Of a stretch of DNA of 64,000 nt, positions 20,333 through 33,691 are shown one piece after another. The stretch is from Luteimonas sp. (GTDB lineage: Bacteria; Pseudomonadota; Gammaproteobacteria; Xanthomonadales; Xanthomonadaceae). The notes beneath the pieces were generated by a model that saw only the letters and a program-made list of their open reading frames with translations, ran no database searches and had not been told where the DNA came from. The position numbers and the translations under genes are program-made. The stretch is from positions 11,345 through 75,344 of the forward strand of contig JBQDAV010000004.1 of assembly GCA_052090405.1 (NCBI GenBank). Direction: 5' to 3'. The stretch's first letter is position 1; each line of letters begins with the position of its first letter.

Positions 20333-20689
20333 TCAACGCCGCAGGAGCTGCAGGATCTCTTCCAGTTCGGTACGCACCTGGCGCACGATCTGGCTGCTCA
20401 TCGCCGACTCCTGGCGGGCGTCGTCGCCCTCCAGGCGCAGGCGCGCGCCGCCGATGGTGTAGCCCTGTTCGTACAGCAGGGCGCGGATCTGGCGCACCAT
20501 CAGCACGTCGTGGCGCTGGTAGTAGCGGCGGTTGCCGCGACGCTTGACCGGATTCAGGCCGGGGAACTCGGTTTCCCAGTAACGCAGCACGTGCGGCTTC
20601 ACGTCGCACAGCTCGCTGACTTCCCCAATGGTGAAGTAGCGCTTGGCCGGGATCGGCGGCAGTTCGCGGTTGCTGCCTGGATCAAGCAT
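20333..20689 (-). CDS. MerR family transcriptional regulator
   Basis: [13 protein letters not shown]…[10 protein letters not shown]…RRYY; usual position after ihfA. Confidence 0.92.
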   Translation of the reverse strand: MLDPGSNRELPPIPAKRYFTIGEVSELCDVKPHVLRYWETEFPGLNPVKRRGNRRYYQRHDVLMVRQIRALLYEQGYTIGGARLRLEGDDARQESAMSSQIVRQVRTELEEILQLLRR

Positions 20690-20987
20690 GGCCGGCCTCC
20701 GGCGTATAGGCTTCCACCCGTTCCTTGAGCTTCTGGCCCGGGCGGAAGGTGACCACGGTGCGCGCGGAGATCGGGATCTCCTCGCCGGTCTTGGGGTTGC
20801 GGCCCGGGCGCTCGTTCTTGCGCCGCAGGTCGAAGTTGCCAAAGCCCGACAGCTTGACCTGGCGGCCCTGCTGCAGCGCCTCGCGCAGCACCTCGAAAAA
20901 CGCGTCGACGAACTCCTTCGCCTCGCGCTTGTTCAGGCCGACCTCTTCATACAACCGTTCGGCCATTTGTGCCTTCGTCAGTGCCAT
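20682..20987 (-). CDS. ihfA: Integration host factor alpha subunit
   Basis: MALTKA…VKLSGFGNF…[10 protein letters not shown]…[10 protein letters not shown]. Confidence 0.97.
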   Translation of the reverse strand: MALTKAQMAERLYEEVGLNKREAKEFVDAFFEVLREALQQGRQVKLSGFGNFDLRRKNERPGRNPKTGEEIPISARTVVTFRPGQKLKERVEAYTPEAGHA

Positions 20988-21007
20988 GCCGCTCCCCGGG
21001 GCGTAAC

Positions 21008-24522
<3,515 letters not shown>

Positions 24523-24882
24523 TTACGCTGCGAGCGCGCCCTTCGCCTTCTCGGCCAGCGCGGCAAACCCGTCCGCGTCGTGCACGGCGATGTCCGCCAG
24601 CACCTTGCGGTCCAGGGTGATGCCAGCCTTCATCAGGCCGTTCATGAAACGGCTGTAGCTCAGGCCGTTGATGCGGGCCGCGGCGTTGATGCGGGTGATC
24701 CACAGCGAGCGGAAATTGCGCTTCTTCTGCTTGCGGTGGATGTAGGCGTACTGCTGGGCCTTGATGACCGCCTGGTTGGCAACGCGGAACACCTTGCGGC
24801 GCGCGTTGTAGTAACCCTTGGCCTGGCTCAGGACCTTCTTGTGACGGCGGCGTGCCTGCACACCACGTTTGACTCGTGCCAT
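24523..24882 (-). CDS. rplT: 50S ribosomal protein L20
   Basis: MARVKRGV…[12 protein letters not shown]…[10 protein letters not shown]. Confidence 0.99.
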   Translation of the reverse strand: MARVKRGVQARRRHKKVLSQAKGYYNARRKVFRVANQAVIKAQQYAYIHRKQKKRNFRSLWITRINAAARINGLSYSRFMNGLMKAGITLDRKVLADIAVHDADGFAALAEKAKGALAA

Positions 24883-24895
24883 TGTTCAGCCCTCC

Positions 24896-25093
24896 TCAGA
24901 GATACGGCAGCATGCGGTCGAGACGACCGCTGTCGCATGCCGGGATGTGATTCGTCTGGCGGAGGTTGCGCTTCCGCTTGGTCGACATCTTGGTGAGGAT
25001 GTGGCTGCGGTTGGCGTGGCCCGACTTGTACTTGCCGGAAGCGGTCTTCCGGAAGCGCTTGGCCGCGCCCCGATGGGTCTTGATCTTGGGCAT
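24896..25093 (-). CDS. rpmI: 50S ribosomal protein L35
   Basis: [14 protein letters not shown]…HILTK…KRKRNLR. Confidence 0.99.
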   Translation of the reverse strand: MPKIKTHRGAAKRFRKTASGKYKSGHANRSHILTKMSTKRKRNLRQTNHIPACDSGRLDRMLPYL

Positions 25094-25237
25094 TTCGGTG
25101 TCCTTTGGTCTCTTCTGGCCCGGGCGGCGGACGCTGCCGCTCTTTGGTTGCCTTGGCCGCTTGTAAGCCCTTGATTCCCCGAAGGAAACAAAGGCGGCTC
25201 ACAGGATCGTGAATTCCCCGGCGAACCGGAGCCGGCC

Positions 25238-25266
25238 ATTATGCCGGCTGCGCGGGTAGCGGGCAA
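25238..25266 (-). promoter_or_regulatory. Internal sigma-70 promoter for rpmI-rplT
   Basis: Minus strand TTGCCC-17 nt-CATAAT. Confidence 0.6.
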
Positions 25267-25290
25267 GCGTCCAGGGTTGCAGGGCCTGCG

Positions 25291-25309
25291 GCGGAGCAAG
25301 CTCCGCCCT
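25291..25309 (-). repeat. REP-like palindrome (same core as 47277-47302)
   Basis: Reverse complement AGGGCGGAGCTTGCTCCGC is identical to 47279-47297. Confidence 0.7.
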
Positions 25310-25343
25310 TCCGCGGCGGCGGGGACAGAGGCCCCTTCCGGAG

Positions 25344-25865
25344 CTACTTCTTCTTGGGCGCGATCATCATGACCATCTGGCGGCCTTCCATGCGCGGCCG
25401 GGACTCGATCACGATGTCCTCGCCCAGGTCGGCCTCGATCCGCTGCAACATGCCGCGCCCGAGCTCCTGGTGGCTCATTTCGCGGCCACGGAAACGGATG
25501 TTGACCTTGATCTTGTCGCCATCCTCCAGGAAGCCGCGCATCTTGCGCATCTTGATCGCGTAGTCGCCGTCGTCGGTAACCGGGCGGAACTTCACTTCCT
25601 TGATCTCGACCTGCTTCTGCTTCTTCTTGGCCGCGTTGGCCTTCTTCTGCAGGTCGAACCGGTACTTGCCGTAATCCATGATCCGGCAGACCGGTGGATC
25701 GGCGTTTGGCTGGATCTCGACCAGGTCGAGCCCTTCTTCCTGGGCCTGTTCAAGGGCCTCGTCGCGGGAAAGAACGCCGATCATTTCTCCATCGGAACCG
25801 ATCACGCGCACGCGGGGTACGCGGATGTCCTGGTTCCGGCGGTTCTGCTTGTCCGGGGTGCTGAT
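25344..25865 (-). CDS. infC: Translation initiation factor IF-3 (non-canonical ATC start)
   Basis: [39 protein letters not shown]; GGAG-8 nt-ATC at 25865. Confidence 0.95.
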   Translation of the reverse strand: MSTPDKQNRRNQDIRVPRVRVIGSDGEMIGVLSRDEALEQAQEEGLDLVEIQPNADPPVCRIMDYGKYRFDLQKKANAAKKKQKQVEIKEVKFRPVTDDGDYAIKMRKMRGFLEDGDKIKVNIRFRGREMSHQELGRGMLQRIEADLGEDIVIESRPRMEGRQMVMMIAPKKK

Positions 25866-25949
25866 ATTGCAATCTCCAAGAAACGAAAAAGCCGGCCGCT
25901 CGTCAGCGCCCGGGGCTGCCGGCGCGCGTCCGCGCCGGTTCACACACGT

Positions 25950-27854
25950 TCATGCTAGCGCAGGTTCGTCGCGAAGACGTGAGACGAAGCCGGAAACCGG
26001 CATGTTCCCCAGATCCTCCCCCGACCGCGTGCGCACGGCAACCGCCCCGTTTTCCTTCTCGCGGTCCCCCACCACGACCAGGTACGGCACCCGTTGCAGG
26101 GTGTGCTCGCGGATTTTATAGCCGATTTTTTCGTTGCGCAAATCGGATTCCACCCGGAACCCTTGATCCACAAGGGTTTTCCGCACCTCGTCCACGTAGT
26201 CGGCCTGGGCGTCGGTGATGTTCATCACCACCGCCTGCACCGGCGCCAGCCAGGCCGGGAACGCGCCGGCGTGGTGCTCGATCAGGATGCCGATGAAGCG
26301 CTCCATGGAGCCGACGATGGCGCGATGCAACATGACCGGCGTGCGGCGCTGGCTCTGCTCGTCCACGTATTCAGCGCCCAGGCGGCCCGGCATCATGAAG
26401 TCCACCTGCACCGTGCCCAGCTGCCAGGTGCGGCCGATCGCGTCGCGCAGGTGGTATTCCACCTTGGGACCATAGAAGGCGCCCTCGCCCGGCAGTTCCT
26501 CCCACTGGACCCCGGCCGCGCCCAGCGCCGAGCGCAGCGCGGCCTCCGCCTTGTCCCAGATGGCATCGTCACCCAGCCGCGACTCCGGACGCAGGGCCAG
26601 CTTCACCTGCACGTCCTGGAATCCGAAATCGGCATAGACCTTCATCGCCTGGGCGTGGAAGGCGGTGACCTCCGATTCGATCTGCGCCTCGGTGCAGAAC
26701 ACGTGGCCGTCGTCCTGGGTGAAGCCGCGCACGCGCAGGATCCCGTGCAGCGCGCCGGAGGGCTCGTTGCGGTGGCAGCTGCCGAACTCGCCGTAGCGGA
26801 TCGGCAGGTCGCGGTAGCTGTGCAGGCCCTGGTTGAACAGCTGCACGTGGCCGGGGCAGTTCATCGGCCGGATCGCGTAGGTGCGTTTCTCCGACTCGGT
26901 GAAGAACATGTTTTCCTTGTAGTTGTCCCAGTGCCCGGACTTCTTCCACAGCTCCACGTCCAGGATCTGCGGGCAGCGCACCTCGCCGTAGCCGCTGTCG
27001 CGGTAAACGCCGCGCATGTACTGCTCCACCACCTGCCACAACGCCCAGCCCTTGGGGTGCCAGAACACCAGGCCCGGGGCTTCCTCCTGCAGGTGGAACA
27101 ATTCCTGCTGCTTGCCGATGCGGCGGTGGTCGCGCTTCTCCGCCTCCTCGATCCGCTGCACGTAGGCCTTGAGCTGCTTCTTGTCGGCCCAGGCGGTGCC
27201 GTAGATGCGCTGCAGCTGCTCGTTCTGAGAATCGCCGCGCCAGTAGGCACCGGAGATGCGCAGCAGCTTGAAGGACTTCAAAAAGCGCGTGTTGGGCACG
27301 TGCGGGCCGCGGCACATGTCGACGTATTCAAGATGGTGGTACATGCCCATCGCCTTCTCGTCGGGCATGTCCTCGATCAGGCGCAGCTTGTAGTCCTCGC
27401 CGCGGGACTTGAAGGTTTCGATGACCTCTTCGCGCGGGGTCATGCGCTTGATCACGTCGTACTCGGTGTCGATCAGTTCGCGCATGCGCTGCTCGATCGC
27501 CGCCATGTCGTCGGGCGTGAATGGCTGCCCACGCCAGATGTCGTAGTAGAAGCCGTCCTCGATCACCGGCCCGATCACCATCTTCGCGTCCGGGTAGAGC
27601 TGCTTGACGGCGTGCCCGACCAGGTGCGCGCAGGAGTGGCGGATGATTTCCACCCCCTCCGGGTCCTTCGGGGTGAGGATCTGCAGCTCGGCGTCCTGTT
27701 CGATCAGGTCGGAGGCATCGACCTGGCGGCCATCCACCTTGCCGGCCACCGTGGCCTTGGCCAGGCCCGGACCGATCGACTCGGCCACCTGCATGACGGT
27801 GACGGGGCCGTCGAATTCGCGCTTGCTGCCGTCGGGAAGGGTAATCGTGATCAT
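25950..27854 (-). CDS. thrS: Threonine--tRNA ligase
   Basis: [13 protein letters not shown] domain, [46 protein letters not shown]. Confidence 0.98.
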   Translation of the reverse strand: MITITLPDGSKREFDGPVTVMQVAESIGPGLAKATVAGKVDGRQVDASDLIEQDAELQILTPKDPEGVEIIRHSCAHLVGHAVKQLYPDAKMVIGPVIEDGFYYDIWRGQPFTPDDMAAIEQRMRELIDTEYDVIKRMTPREEVIETFKSRGEDYKLRLIEDMPDEKAMGMYHHLEYVDMCRGPHVPNTRFLKSFKLLRISGAYWRGDSQNEQLQRIYGTAWADKKQLKAYVQRIEEAEKRDHRRIGKQQELFHLQEEAPGLVFWHPKGWALWQVVEQYMRGVYRDSGYGEVRCPQILDVELWKKSGHWDNYKENMFFTESEKRTYAIRPMNCPGHVQLFNQGLHSYRDLPIRYGEFGSCHRNEPSGALHGILRVRGFTQDDGHVFCTEAQIESEVTAFHAQAMKVYADFGFQDVQVKLALRPESRLGDDAIWDKAEAALRSALGAAGVQWEELPGEGAFYGPKVEYHLRDAIGRTWQLGTVQVDFMMPGRLGAEYVDEQSQRRTPVMLHRAIVGSMERFIGILIEHHAGAFPAWLAPVQAVVMNITDAQADYVDEVRKTLVDQGFRVESDLRNEKIGYKIREHTLQRVPYLVVVGDREKENGAVAVRTRSGEDLGNMPVSGFVSRLRDEPALA

Positions 27855-27927
27855 GGGAAAGCCTGCGGTGAATCAGTACCTGTAGGAGCACGCCGTGCGC
27901 GCGAAGCCGCGCAAAACCCGACGGCAT

Positions 27928-28002
27928 AAAAAAAGCGCCGCAAGGGCGCCGTTGACGGATGGCCCCGCGGTTCAATCAACGGTGGTCGATGGCAGTTCCC
28001 AT
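27928..28002 (-). promoter_or_regulatory. Candidate transcription attenuator in the thrS leader
   Basis: Hairpin GCGCC-cttgc-GGCGC + T7 (27928-27950); competing arms CCGTTGA (27982-27976) / TCAACGG (27955-27949); short ORF MGTAIDHR* (28002-27976). Confidence 0.55.
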
Positions 28003-28211
28003 GTCGCACACTCGGCCGGCGTTTCCGCGGGCCACCTTCCCGGTTGAGGAGATCCGGTCAAGCATGTTAGCGCAAGCCGTAACCTTGCTACCAGCGGGAC
28101 CGGCCACCGAACCGCAGCACCTCCTGCACTAATCCGCCTGTCGGCCGGCGGATGGCCGGTGCGGCTGCTGCAGGTCCCGTACCACCTCGGAAAGTCGCGT
28201 GGTCCCGGAGG

Positions 28212-28505
28212 TCAGAGGGAATCGGGAGCTCGCTCCTCGGATGCCTCCGTCTCAGCGCCTTGTGCCGAGCCCACTTTGCAGGACGCCAGCCATTTCCAGT
28301 AGGCCACGTATCCGGACAGGTAGTGCTCCACGTCGTCAATGCGCACCCGGAAGCCGTGATGGCGAATGAAAAACCCGTCGAGGATCCGCTCCGGATTGCG
28401 GAAGAACATGGCCACCTCGGGCCAGAAGAAACCCGAAAGGAGATAGCGCGCACGCCACTCCAACGCGTCCTGAAACTTCTCCAGATCAAACCCTTCCAGG
28501 AGCAC
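28212..28505 (-). pseudogene. Orphan C-terminal fragment of a larger protein (…[22 protein letters not shown]…)
   Basis: Protein-like segment with no credible start or RBS; begins at the 28499-28515 hairpin. From memory it resembles C-termini of alpha/alpha-barrel proteins in cell-surface polymer loci; unverified. Confidence 0.55.
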
Positions 28506-28513
28506 GGAGTGCT

Positions 28514-28708
28514 CCGGATGACGATCCGGTTTCCGTCCTGGGTGACCAGCGCGAGGTCGCGCCCGCTTTCGCCGGTTCTTTCAATGGAACCGACCTGGTC
28601 GCGGTCGAGTTGCAGCGTTACGACCGAAGCACCATCGAGTTCAATCGGGCCGTCAACGGCAACTTTCTGGGTTTCCCCGGTCGCCTTCGAAACAATCGTC
28701 GCGGTCAT
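28514..28708 (-). pseudogene. Truncated N-terminus of a BapA/VCBS-type giant adhesin
   Basis: AAGGAGA RBS + ATG; [23 protein letters not shown]…[14 protein letters not shown] resembles the BapA prefix domain; sequence becomes non-protein-like after codon 65. Confidence 0.6.
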
Positions 28709-28913
28709 AGCACCTATCTCCTTGGTCTGACGTCATGCGTCGAGTTCGGAACAGGCGCACCCCCGTCCCGGCACTTGGCCCCGCAGGAGACACTCGGAAA
28801 AGCGAGCTGCCCCCCGACGCAGCCTTAATCCCATATAACCTGAGTTCCGACTTTGCAAAGATGCAGCGCGCACTTTTGCGCATCCGGAGACAGGTATATG
28901 AATTGTTTCCGCT

Positions 28914-29837
28914 TTATGACCGCCAGCGGTACAGCACATCCTCCGGGACGCCGGCACGGCGACAGCCACGCTGGGCGGTGCCATCGGCCAGGGCACTGCG
29001 GAACAGCGGCGACATTGCGCGCAGCGACCGCGCCGCGGCACGGGCACGAAGGCGCTGGCCCGGGGTGAGTCCCAGCATGTCCGGCGCCCACTCCGGCAGC
29101 AGTCCCCGCGCCGCGCCGATGAACAGTTCACGTGAAGGCCCGGCCATCGGCACCGGCAGGCGGATGCGTGACAGCACCGACTGCACTTCGCGCGAGCGCG
29201 CGTCGCAACGCAGCTCGCCGCGCATTTCCTCCAGATAGGCTCGCACCTGCGCCTCCGATGCCGGCACCGCCCGCGCGCCCAGCGCCTCGGCCACTCGCCG
29301 CACTTCGTCGTAATACCGGTCCGCCGCCCCATCCGGCAGCGCGTTCGGGCTGTAGCGGCGATAGCCCTGCAGGAACCCATGGGCTTCCGTCACGTGCACC
29401 CAGGTCAGCAAACCGGGATCGTCGGCCGAATACCGCTGCCCGTCCGCAGTGGTACCGCGCACCTTGCCGTGGATCGCCACCACCCGCGCGATCAATCGTT
29501 CCGCCTCGGCCCGCCCCGCATACGTGGTGCCGGCCACGAACGCAGTGGTGCGGCGCAGCCGACCCACCAGGTCGTCCCGGAAATTGGAATGGTCCCACAC
29601 CCCCGCCAGCGCCCGCGGATGCAGGGTCTGCAGCATCAGCGCGCACAGCCCGCCGGAAAGCATGCCGGGGAAGTCGGCGTGAATGCGCCAGGTCACGCTG
29701 TCGGGGCCGAACAGGCCCGGGTCGCCCGGCGGGCTGTCGTAATCGATCCCGCTCTGCCCGCGCGGGAAGGCGCCCAGCACCCAGCGGCGGATGCGGGCAG
29801 CAGCGACGTGCGCGGCGGCGGAGCTGACGGCGGACAT
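28914..29837 (-). CDS. Oxygenase MpaB / DUF2236 family protein
   Basis: GDPGLFGPDSVTWRIH, ALMLQTLHP, GVWDHS, RLRRT, YSADDPGLLTWVH. Confidence 0.88.
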   Translation of the reverse strand: MSAVSSAAAHVAAARIRRWVLGAFPRGQSGIDYDSPPGDPGLFGPDSVTWRIHADFPGMLSGGLCALMLQTLHPRALAGVWDHSNFRDDLVGRLRRTTAFVAGTTYAGRAEAERLIARVVAIHGKVRGTTADGQRYSADDPGLLTWVHVTEAHGFLQGYRRYSPNALPDGAADRYYDEVRRVAEALGARAVPASEAQVRAYLEEMRGELRCDARSREVQSVLSRIRLPVPMAGPSRELFIGAARGLLPEWAPDMLGLTPGQRLRARAAARSLRAMSPLFRSALADGTAQRGCRRAGVPEDVLYRWRS

Positions 29838-29886
29838 GGGCCCATGCTAGCCCCCGGCACCACGGGGCACGGAAGCCGGAAACGCA

Positions 29887-29913
29887 AACGGCGCGGGCCA
29901 AAGCCGCGCCGTT
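29887..29913 (-). terminator. Hairpin/terminator downstream of tRNA-Val
   Basis: 10-bp stem AACGGCGCGG/CCGCGCCGTT; only a weak U tail. Confidence 0.55.
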
Positions 29914-29949
29914 CAGGACCACACCGTTCAGGTCACGCCGTTTCCAGCG

Positions 29950-30024
29950 TGGTGGGCGGTACTGGGATCGAACCAGTGACCCCTACCATGTCAAGGTAGT
30001 GCTCTACCGCTGAGCTAACCGCCC
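29950..30024 (-). tRNA. tRNA-Val(GAC)
   Basis: Reverse complement GGGCGGTTAGCTCAGCGGTAGAGCA-CTACCTTGACATGGTAG-GGGTCACTGGTTCGATCCCAGTACCGCCCACCA. Confidence 0.97.
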
Positions 30025-30036
30025 ATCAAGCGCGAA

Positions 30037-30065
30037 ATTCTATCCCGGCCGGCGGCGGGGAACAA
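30037..30065 (-). promoter_or_regulatory. Sigma-70 promoter of tRNA-Val
   Basis: Minus strand TTGTTC-17 nt-TAGAAT. Confidence 0.6.
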
Positions 30066-30074
30066 CAGTGGCGG

Positions 30075-32105
30075 TCATTTCAGGGTGGATTCCTTGAGCC
30101 GGCGGATGCGATCGCGGACCTGGGCGGCCTCCTCGAACTCCAGGTCGCGCGCGTGCTGGTACATCTGCTGCTCCAGCTCGGCGAGCCTTGCCGCCAGCTT
30201 GGCCGGCGCCAGCGCCGCGTAATCCTCGATCTCCTCGGCCACCTGCTTCGCCTTGCCGCGGCCGCGCTTCTCCAGCGCGGGCTCGGCACGGGCGCCCTCC
30301 ATGATGTCCAGCACCGCCCGCGCCACCGACTTGGGCGTGATGCCGTGTTCCTCGTTGTATTCGACCTGTTTCTGCCGGCGACGGTCGGTTTCATCCAGCG
30401 CGGCCTGCATCGAACGGGTCACCCGGTCCGCATACAGGATCGCCTTGCCGCGCAGGTTGCGGGCGGCGCGGCCGATGGTCTGGATCAGCGAGCCGGTCGA
30501 ACGCAGGAAGCCCTCCTTGTCCGCGTCCAGGATCGCCACCAGCGACACCTCCGGCATGTCCAGGCCCTCGCGCAGCAGGTTGATGCCCACCAGCACGTCG
30601 AACTCGCCCAGGCGCAGGTCGCGGATGATCTCCACCCGCTCCACCGTGTCGATGTCCGAGTGCAGGTAGCGCACCCGCACCCCGTGCTCGGCCAGGTATT
30701 CGGTGAGGTTCTCGGCCATGCGCTTGGTCAGGGTGGTGATCAGCACCCGGTCGCCCAGCGCCACGCGCTCGTTGATCTCCGAGAGCACGTCGTCCACCTG
30801 GGTCGCCACGGGGCGGATCTCCACCTCCGGATCGATCAGCCCGGTCGGCCGCACCACCAGCTCGGTGATCTCGTTCTCCGCGTGTTCGAGCTCGTACTTG
30901 CCCGGCGTGGCCGAAACGAAGATCGTGCGCGGCGCGCGGTCCTCCCACTCCTCGAAGCGCAGCGGCCGGTTGTCCAGCGCCGACGGCAGCCGGAACCCGA
31001 ACTCCACCAGCGTCTCCTTGCGCGAGCGGTCGCCCTTGTACATCGCCCCGATCTGCGGAACCGTCACGTGCGACTCGTCCACCACCAGCAGCGCGTCCGG
31101 CGGCAGGTAGTCGAACAGCGTCGGCGGCGGCTCGCCCGGCAGGCTGCGGGTCATGTGCCGGGAGTAGTTCTCGATGCCGTTGCAGTAGCCCACCTCGGCC
31201 ATCATCTCGATGTCGAACTGGGTGCGCTGCGCCAGCCGCTGCGCCTCCACCAGCTTGTTCTGGGAATACAGGTATTCCAGCCGTTCCTTCAGCTCCACCT
31301 TGATCGTCTCGATCGCATTGAGCACGCTCTCGCGGGTGCTGGCGTAGTGGGTCTTGGGGTACACCGTGTGGCGCGGGACCTTGCGCTGGACCGCCCCCGT
31401 GAGCGGATCGAACAGGCTCAGGCCCTCGACCTCGCCGTCGAACAGCTCGATCCGCAGCGCCTCCGCTTCCGACTCCGCCGGATGCACGTCGATCACCTCC
31501 CCGCGCACCCGGTACGTGCCGCGGCGCAACTCGGTGTCGTTGCGGGTGTACTGCAGCTCGGTCAGCTGCCGGATCAGCGCCCGCTGCTCGATCCGTTCGC
31601 CCACCGACAGGATCAGCCGCAGCTTGAGGTAGTCCTCCGGATCACCCAGCCCGTAGATCGCCGACACCGTGGCCACGATCAGCGCGTCCGGCCGCGACAG
31701 CAGCGCCTTGGTCGCCGCCAGCCGCATCTGCTCGATGTGGTCGTTGATCGAGCTGTCCTTCTCGATGTACGTGTCCGAGGCGGCCACGTAGGCCTCGGGC
31801 TGGTAGTAGTCGTAATAGCTGACGAAGTACTCGACCGCGTTGTTCGGGAAAAACGCCTTGAACTCCCCGTACAGCTGAGCCGCCAGGGTCTTGTTGGGCG
31901 CCATCACCAGGGTCGGCTTCTGGATCCGCTCCACCACGTTGGCGATCGTGTAGGTCTTGCCCGAGCCAGTGACCCCCAGCAGCGTCTGCTTCGCCAGCCC
32001 CGCCTCGAACCCTTCGGTCAGCTTCTCGATCGCCCGCGGCTGGTCGCCGGCGGGCGAGAAGGGGGAAACGAGCTTGAATCCGGAGTGTTCGGAGCGGTCG
32101 TTCAT
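30075..32105 (-). CDS. uvrB: Excinuclease ABC subunit B
   Basis: [45 protein letters not shown]-terminal UVR domain; start MNDRS at 32105. Confidence 0.98.
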   Translation of the reverse strand: MNDRSEHSGFKLVSPFSPAGDQPRAIEKLTEGFEAGLAKQTLLGVTGSGKTYTIANVVERIQKPTLVMAPNKTLAAQLYGEFKAFFPNNAVEYFVSYYDYYQPEAYVAASDTYIEKDSSINDHIEQMRLAATKALLSRPDALIVATVSAIYGLGDPEDYLKLRLILSVGERIEQRALIRQLTELQYTRNDTELRRGTYRVRGEVIDVHPAESEAEALRIELFDGEVEGLSLFDPLTGAVQRKVPRHTVYPKTHYASTRESVLNAIETIKVELKERLEYLYSQNKLVEAQRLAQRTQFDIEMMAEVGYCNGIENYSRHMTRSLPGEPPPTLFDYLPPDALLVVDESHVTVPQIGAMYKGDRSRKETLVEFGFRLPSALDNRPLRFEEWEDRAPRTIFVSATPGKYELEHAENEITELVVRPTGLIDPEVEIRPVATQVDDVLSEINERVALGDRVLITTLTKRMAENLTEYLAEHGVRVRYLHSDIDTVERVEIIRDLRLGEFDVLVGINLLREGLDMPEVSLVAILDADKEGFLRSTGSLIQTIGRAARNLRGKAILYADRVTRSMQAALDETDRRRQKQVEYNEEHGITPKSVARAVLDIMEGARAEPALEKRGRGKAKQVAEEIEDYAALAPAKLAARLAELEQQMYQHARDLEFEEAAQVRDRIRRLKESTLK

Positions 32106-32359
32106 GGGCTGGAAATACCGGCGCGGCGGTGAAACAACCAGTGTAGACCCTCCCCGTTCCCGGAGATTGACCTCCGCTGTAGGAGTGCTCCCTCCCGCGG
32201 GCATCACCTTGGCCAGCTGGAACCTGCTGCCAACCCGGCAAGGCCGGGTTTCCGACCCGGGCGTCCGGACTTCCCCTACCCCATCGCCGCCCCAGCACCG
32301 ATCCCCCCAGCCGCCACGGCGCCGCCACACTGGCCCTGAACCCGCCAGGAGGCGACACC

Positions 32360-32884
32360 ATGGCCCGCAAGGACGCCGGTCTGACCCTGATCGAACTGCT
32401 TACCACCCTCGCCATCGCCGCCGTCACCCTGACCCTCGGCCTGCCCGTTTTCAGCGACACCCTGGAGCGCACCCGCGTCTCCACCACTCTGCACCGGGTC
32501 AGCGCCGACCTGGCCATGGCCCGCAGCACCGCCATCATGCGACGGGCCCAGGTGGTGGTCTGCCCGCGCACCGCCAACTTCCGCTGCCGCAGCGACAGCG
32601 ACTGGGGCCAGGGCTGGATCGTCTTCACCGACGACGACGGCAACCGCCAGCCCGATGACGACGCCCACATCCTCCGCGTCGGCGATCCGCCCGCCCACCG
32701 GAGCCTGGCCATCGACTCCACCCGCCGCTTCCTGCGCTACCAGCGCGACGGCCGCAGCGCCCACAGCAACCAGACCGTACGGGTCTGCTCCGGCAATCAC
32801 CTGGCCGGGACCGTGGTGGTCAACAACCTGGGGCGGGTGCGGAGCGCCAGGCCGACCAGGAAGACGGCTTGTCCGCAGGACTGA
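32360..32884 (+). CDS. fimT: Stand-alone GspH/FimT-family minor pilin with C-terminal GRxR motif
   Basis: AGGAGG RBS; prepilin site G|LTLIELL; ARSTAI, W-x-x-GWIVF-x-D; C-terminal NNLGRVR. Confidence 0.82.
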   Translation: MARKDAGLTLIELLTTLAIAAVTLTLGLPVFSDTLERTRVSTTLHRVSADLAMARSTAIMRRAQVVVCPRTANFRCRSDSDWGQGWIVFTDDDGNRQPDDDAHILRVGDPPAHRSLAIDSTRRFLRYQRDGRSAHSNQTVRVCSGNHLAGTVVVNNLGRVRSARPTRKTACPQD

Positions 32885-32915
32885 ACCGGGAACCCGCCTC
32901 CTGACCTCCCACAGC

Positions 32916-32943
32916 TTGACCGGGGCCCGCAACCCCTTAAAAT
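32916..32943 (+). promoter_or_regulatory. Sigma-70 promoter of tRNA-Asn
   Basis: TTGACC-16 nt-TAAAAT, 10 nt upstream of the tRNA. Confidence 0.75.
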
Positions 32944-32953
32944 GTCCGTCCCC

Positions 32954-33030
32954 GCCCGAATAGCTCAGCTGGTTAGAGCACTTGACTGTTAATCAGGGGG
33001 TCGTTGGTTCGAGTCCAACTTCGGGCGCCA
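32954..33030 (+). tRNA. tRNA-Asn(GTT)
   Basis: GCCCGAATAGCTCAGCTGGTTAGAGCA-CTTGACTGTTAATCAGG-GGGTCGTTGGTTCGAGTCCAACTTCGGGCGCCA. Confidence 0.97.
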
Positions 33031-33038
33031 AAAATTAC

Positions 33039-33072
33039 AAGGGCCTGCGGATCGCTCCGCAGGCCCTTTTTC
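33039..33072 (+). terminator. Rho-independent terminator after tRNA-Asn
   Basis: AAGGGCCTGCGGA-tcgc-TCCGCAGGCCCTT followed by further T residues. Confidence 0.88.
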
Positions 33073-33221
33073 ATTGGTGCTCACCCGGCAATCCGGAGTG
33101 GCCAGTCACCCGGCGATTTTTCCGGACAGGGTTCGAACCGGGACCTTTGTGGGCAGCAGGCCCATGGGTTCGCCATGGCAGCATGACTCACACCAGCGAG
33201 CTGGTCTTCGGGCTTCGCCCT

Positions 33222-33680
33222 TTACCAGCACTCGGCCACGGAAAGGGTTCCCCCGGACACGTTTTTCTCTCCGGTGCTGTGCAGTACCAAGCGTCCGCAG
33301 CGATCTTTCGACTGATCACCCATCGGCGTGGCAGTGAGCGTATAGCTCTGCGCACCTTCAGCGATCGTTTCAGGCGTGATCTCATATCGCTGCGTCGCCC
33401 CGGGGGCTGCAGGCGAACGGTCGTATGGCAAATCCCCGGCATAGGAATTGTTGACCGTGTGCCTGCGCTCGAGAAGCTGGGAGAGCTCAACCAGGTCAGC
33501 TTTTGCCTGGCCCCTGCGAGCTTTCCGGACCTGGTCGTTGTAGGCAGGCAAAGCAACTGCCGCGAGGATGGCCACCACCGCAACAACCACCATCAACTCG
33601 ATAAGGGTAAAGCCCGCCACCTTCCGGCGAAGTTGCGCCGATGCTGGGCCCTCCGCTTCCACCGGGCGTTCTGTTTCCAT
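33222..33680 (-). CDS. pilE: Type IV minor pilin PilE
   Basis: G|FTLIELMVVV, ALPAY…VRKARR, YTLTATP, DRCG; last gene of the minor pilin operon. Confidence 0.9.
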   Translation of the reverse strand: METERPVEAEGPASAQLRRKVAGFTLIELMVVVAVVAILAAVALPAYNDQVRKARRGQAKADLVELSQLLERRHTVNNSYAGDLPYDRSPAAPGATQRYEITPETIAEGAQSYTLTATPMGDQSKDRCGRLVLHSTGEKNVSGGTLSVAECW

Positions 33681-33691
33681 TTCCCCTCCCA

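Noticed and set aside
28088-28708. 206-aa ORF as a genuine single protein
   Set aside because: Only the first 65 codons look protein-like; the rest overlaps a better-looking fragment in another frame, so it is treated as a fusion remnant.
28724-28913. c-di-GMP riboswitch or ops element upstream of the adhesin remnant
   Set aside because: No GCAAA/GNRA two-stem pattern or GGCGGTAG motif was recognised.
33126-33146. GGTTCGAACC resembling a tRNA T-loop or att remnant
   Set aside because: The flanks do not form a 5-bp T stem on either strand and do not match the adjacent tRNA-Asn 3' end.
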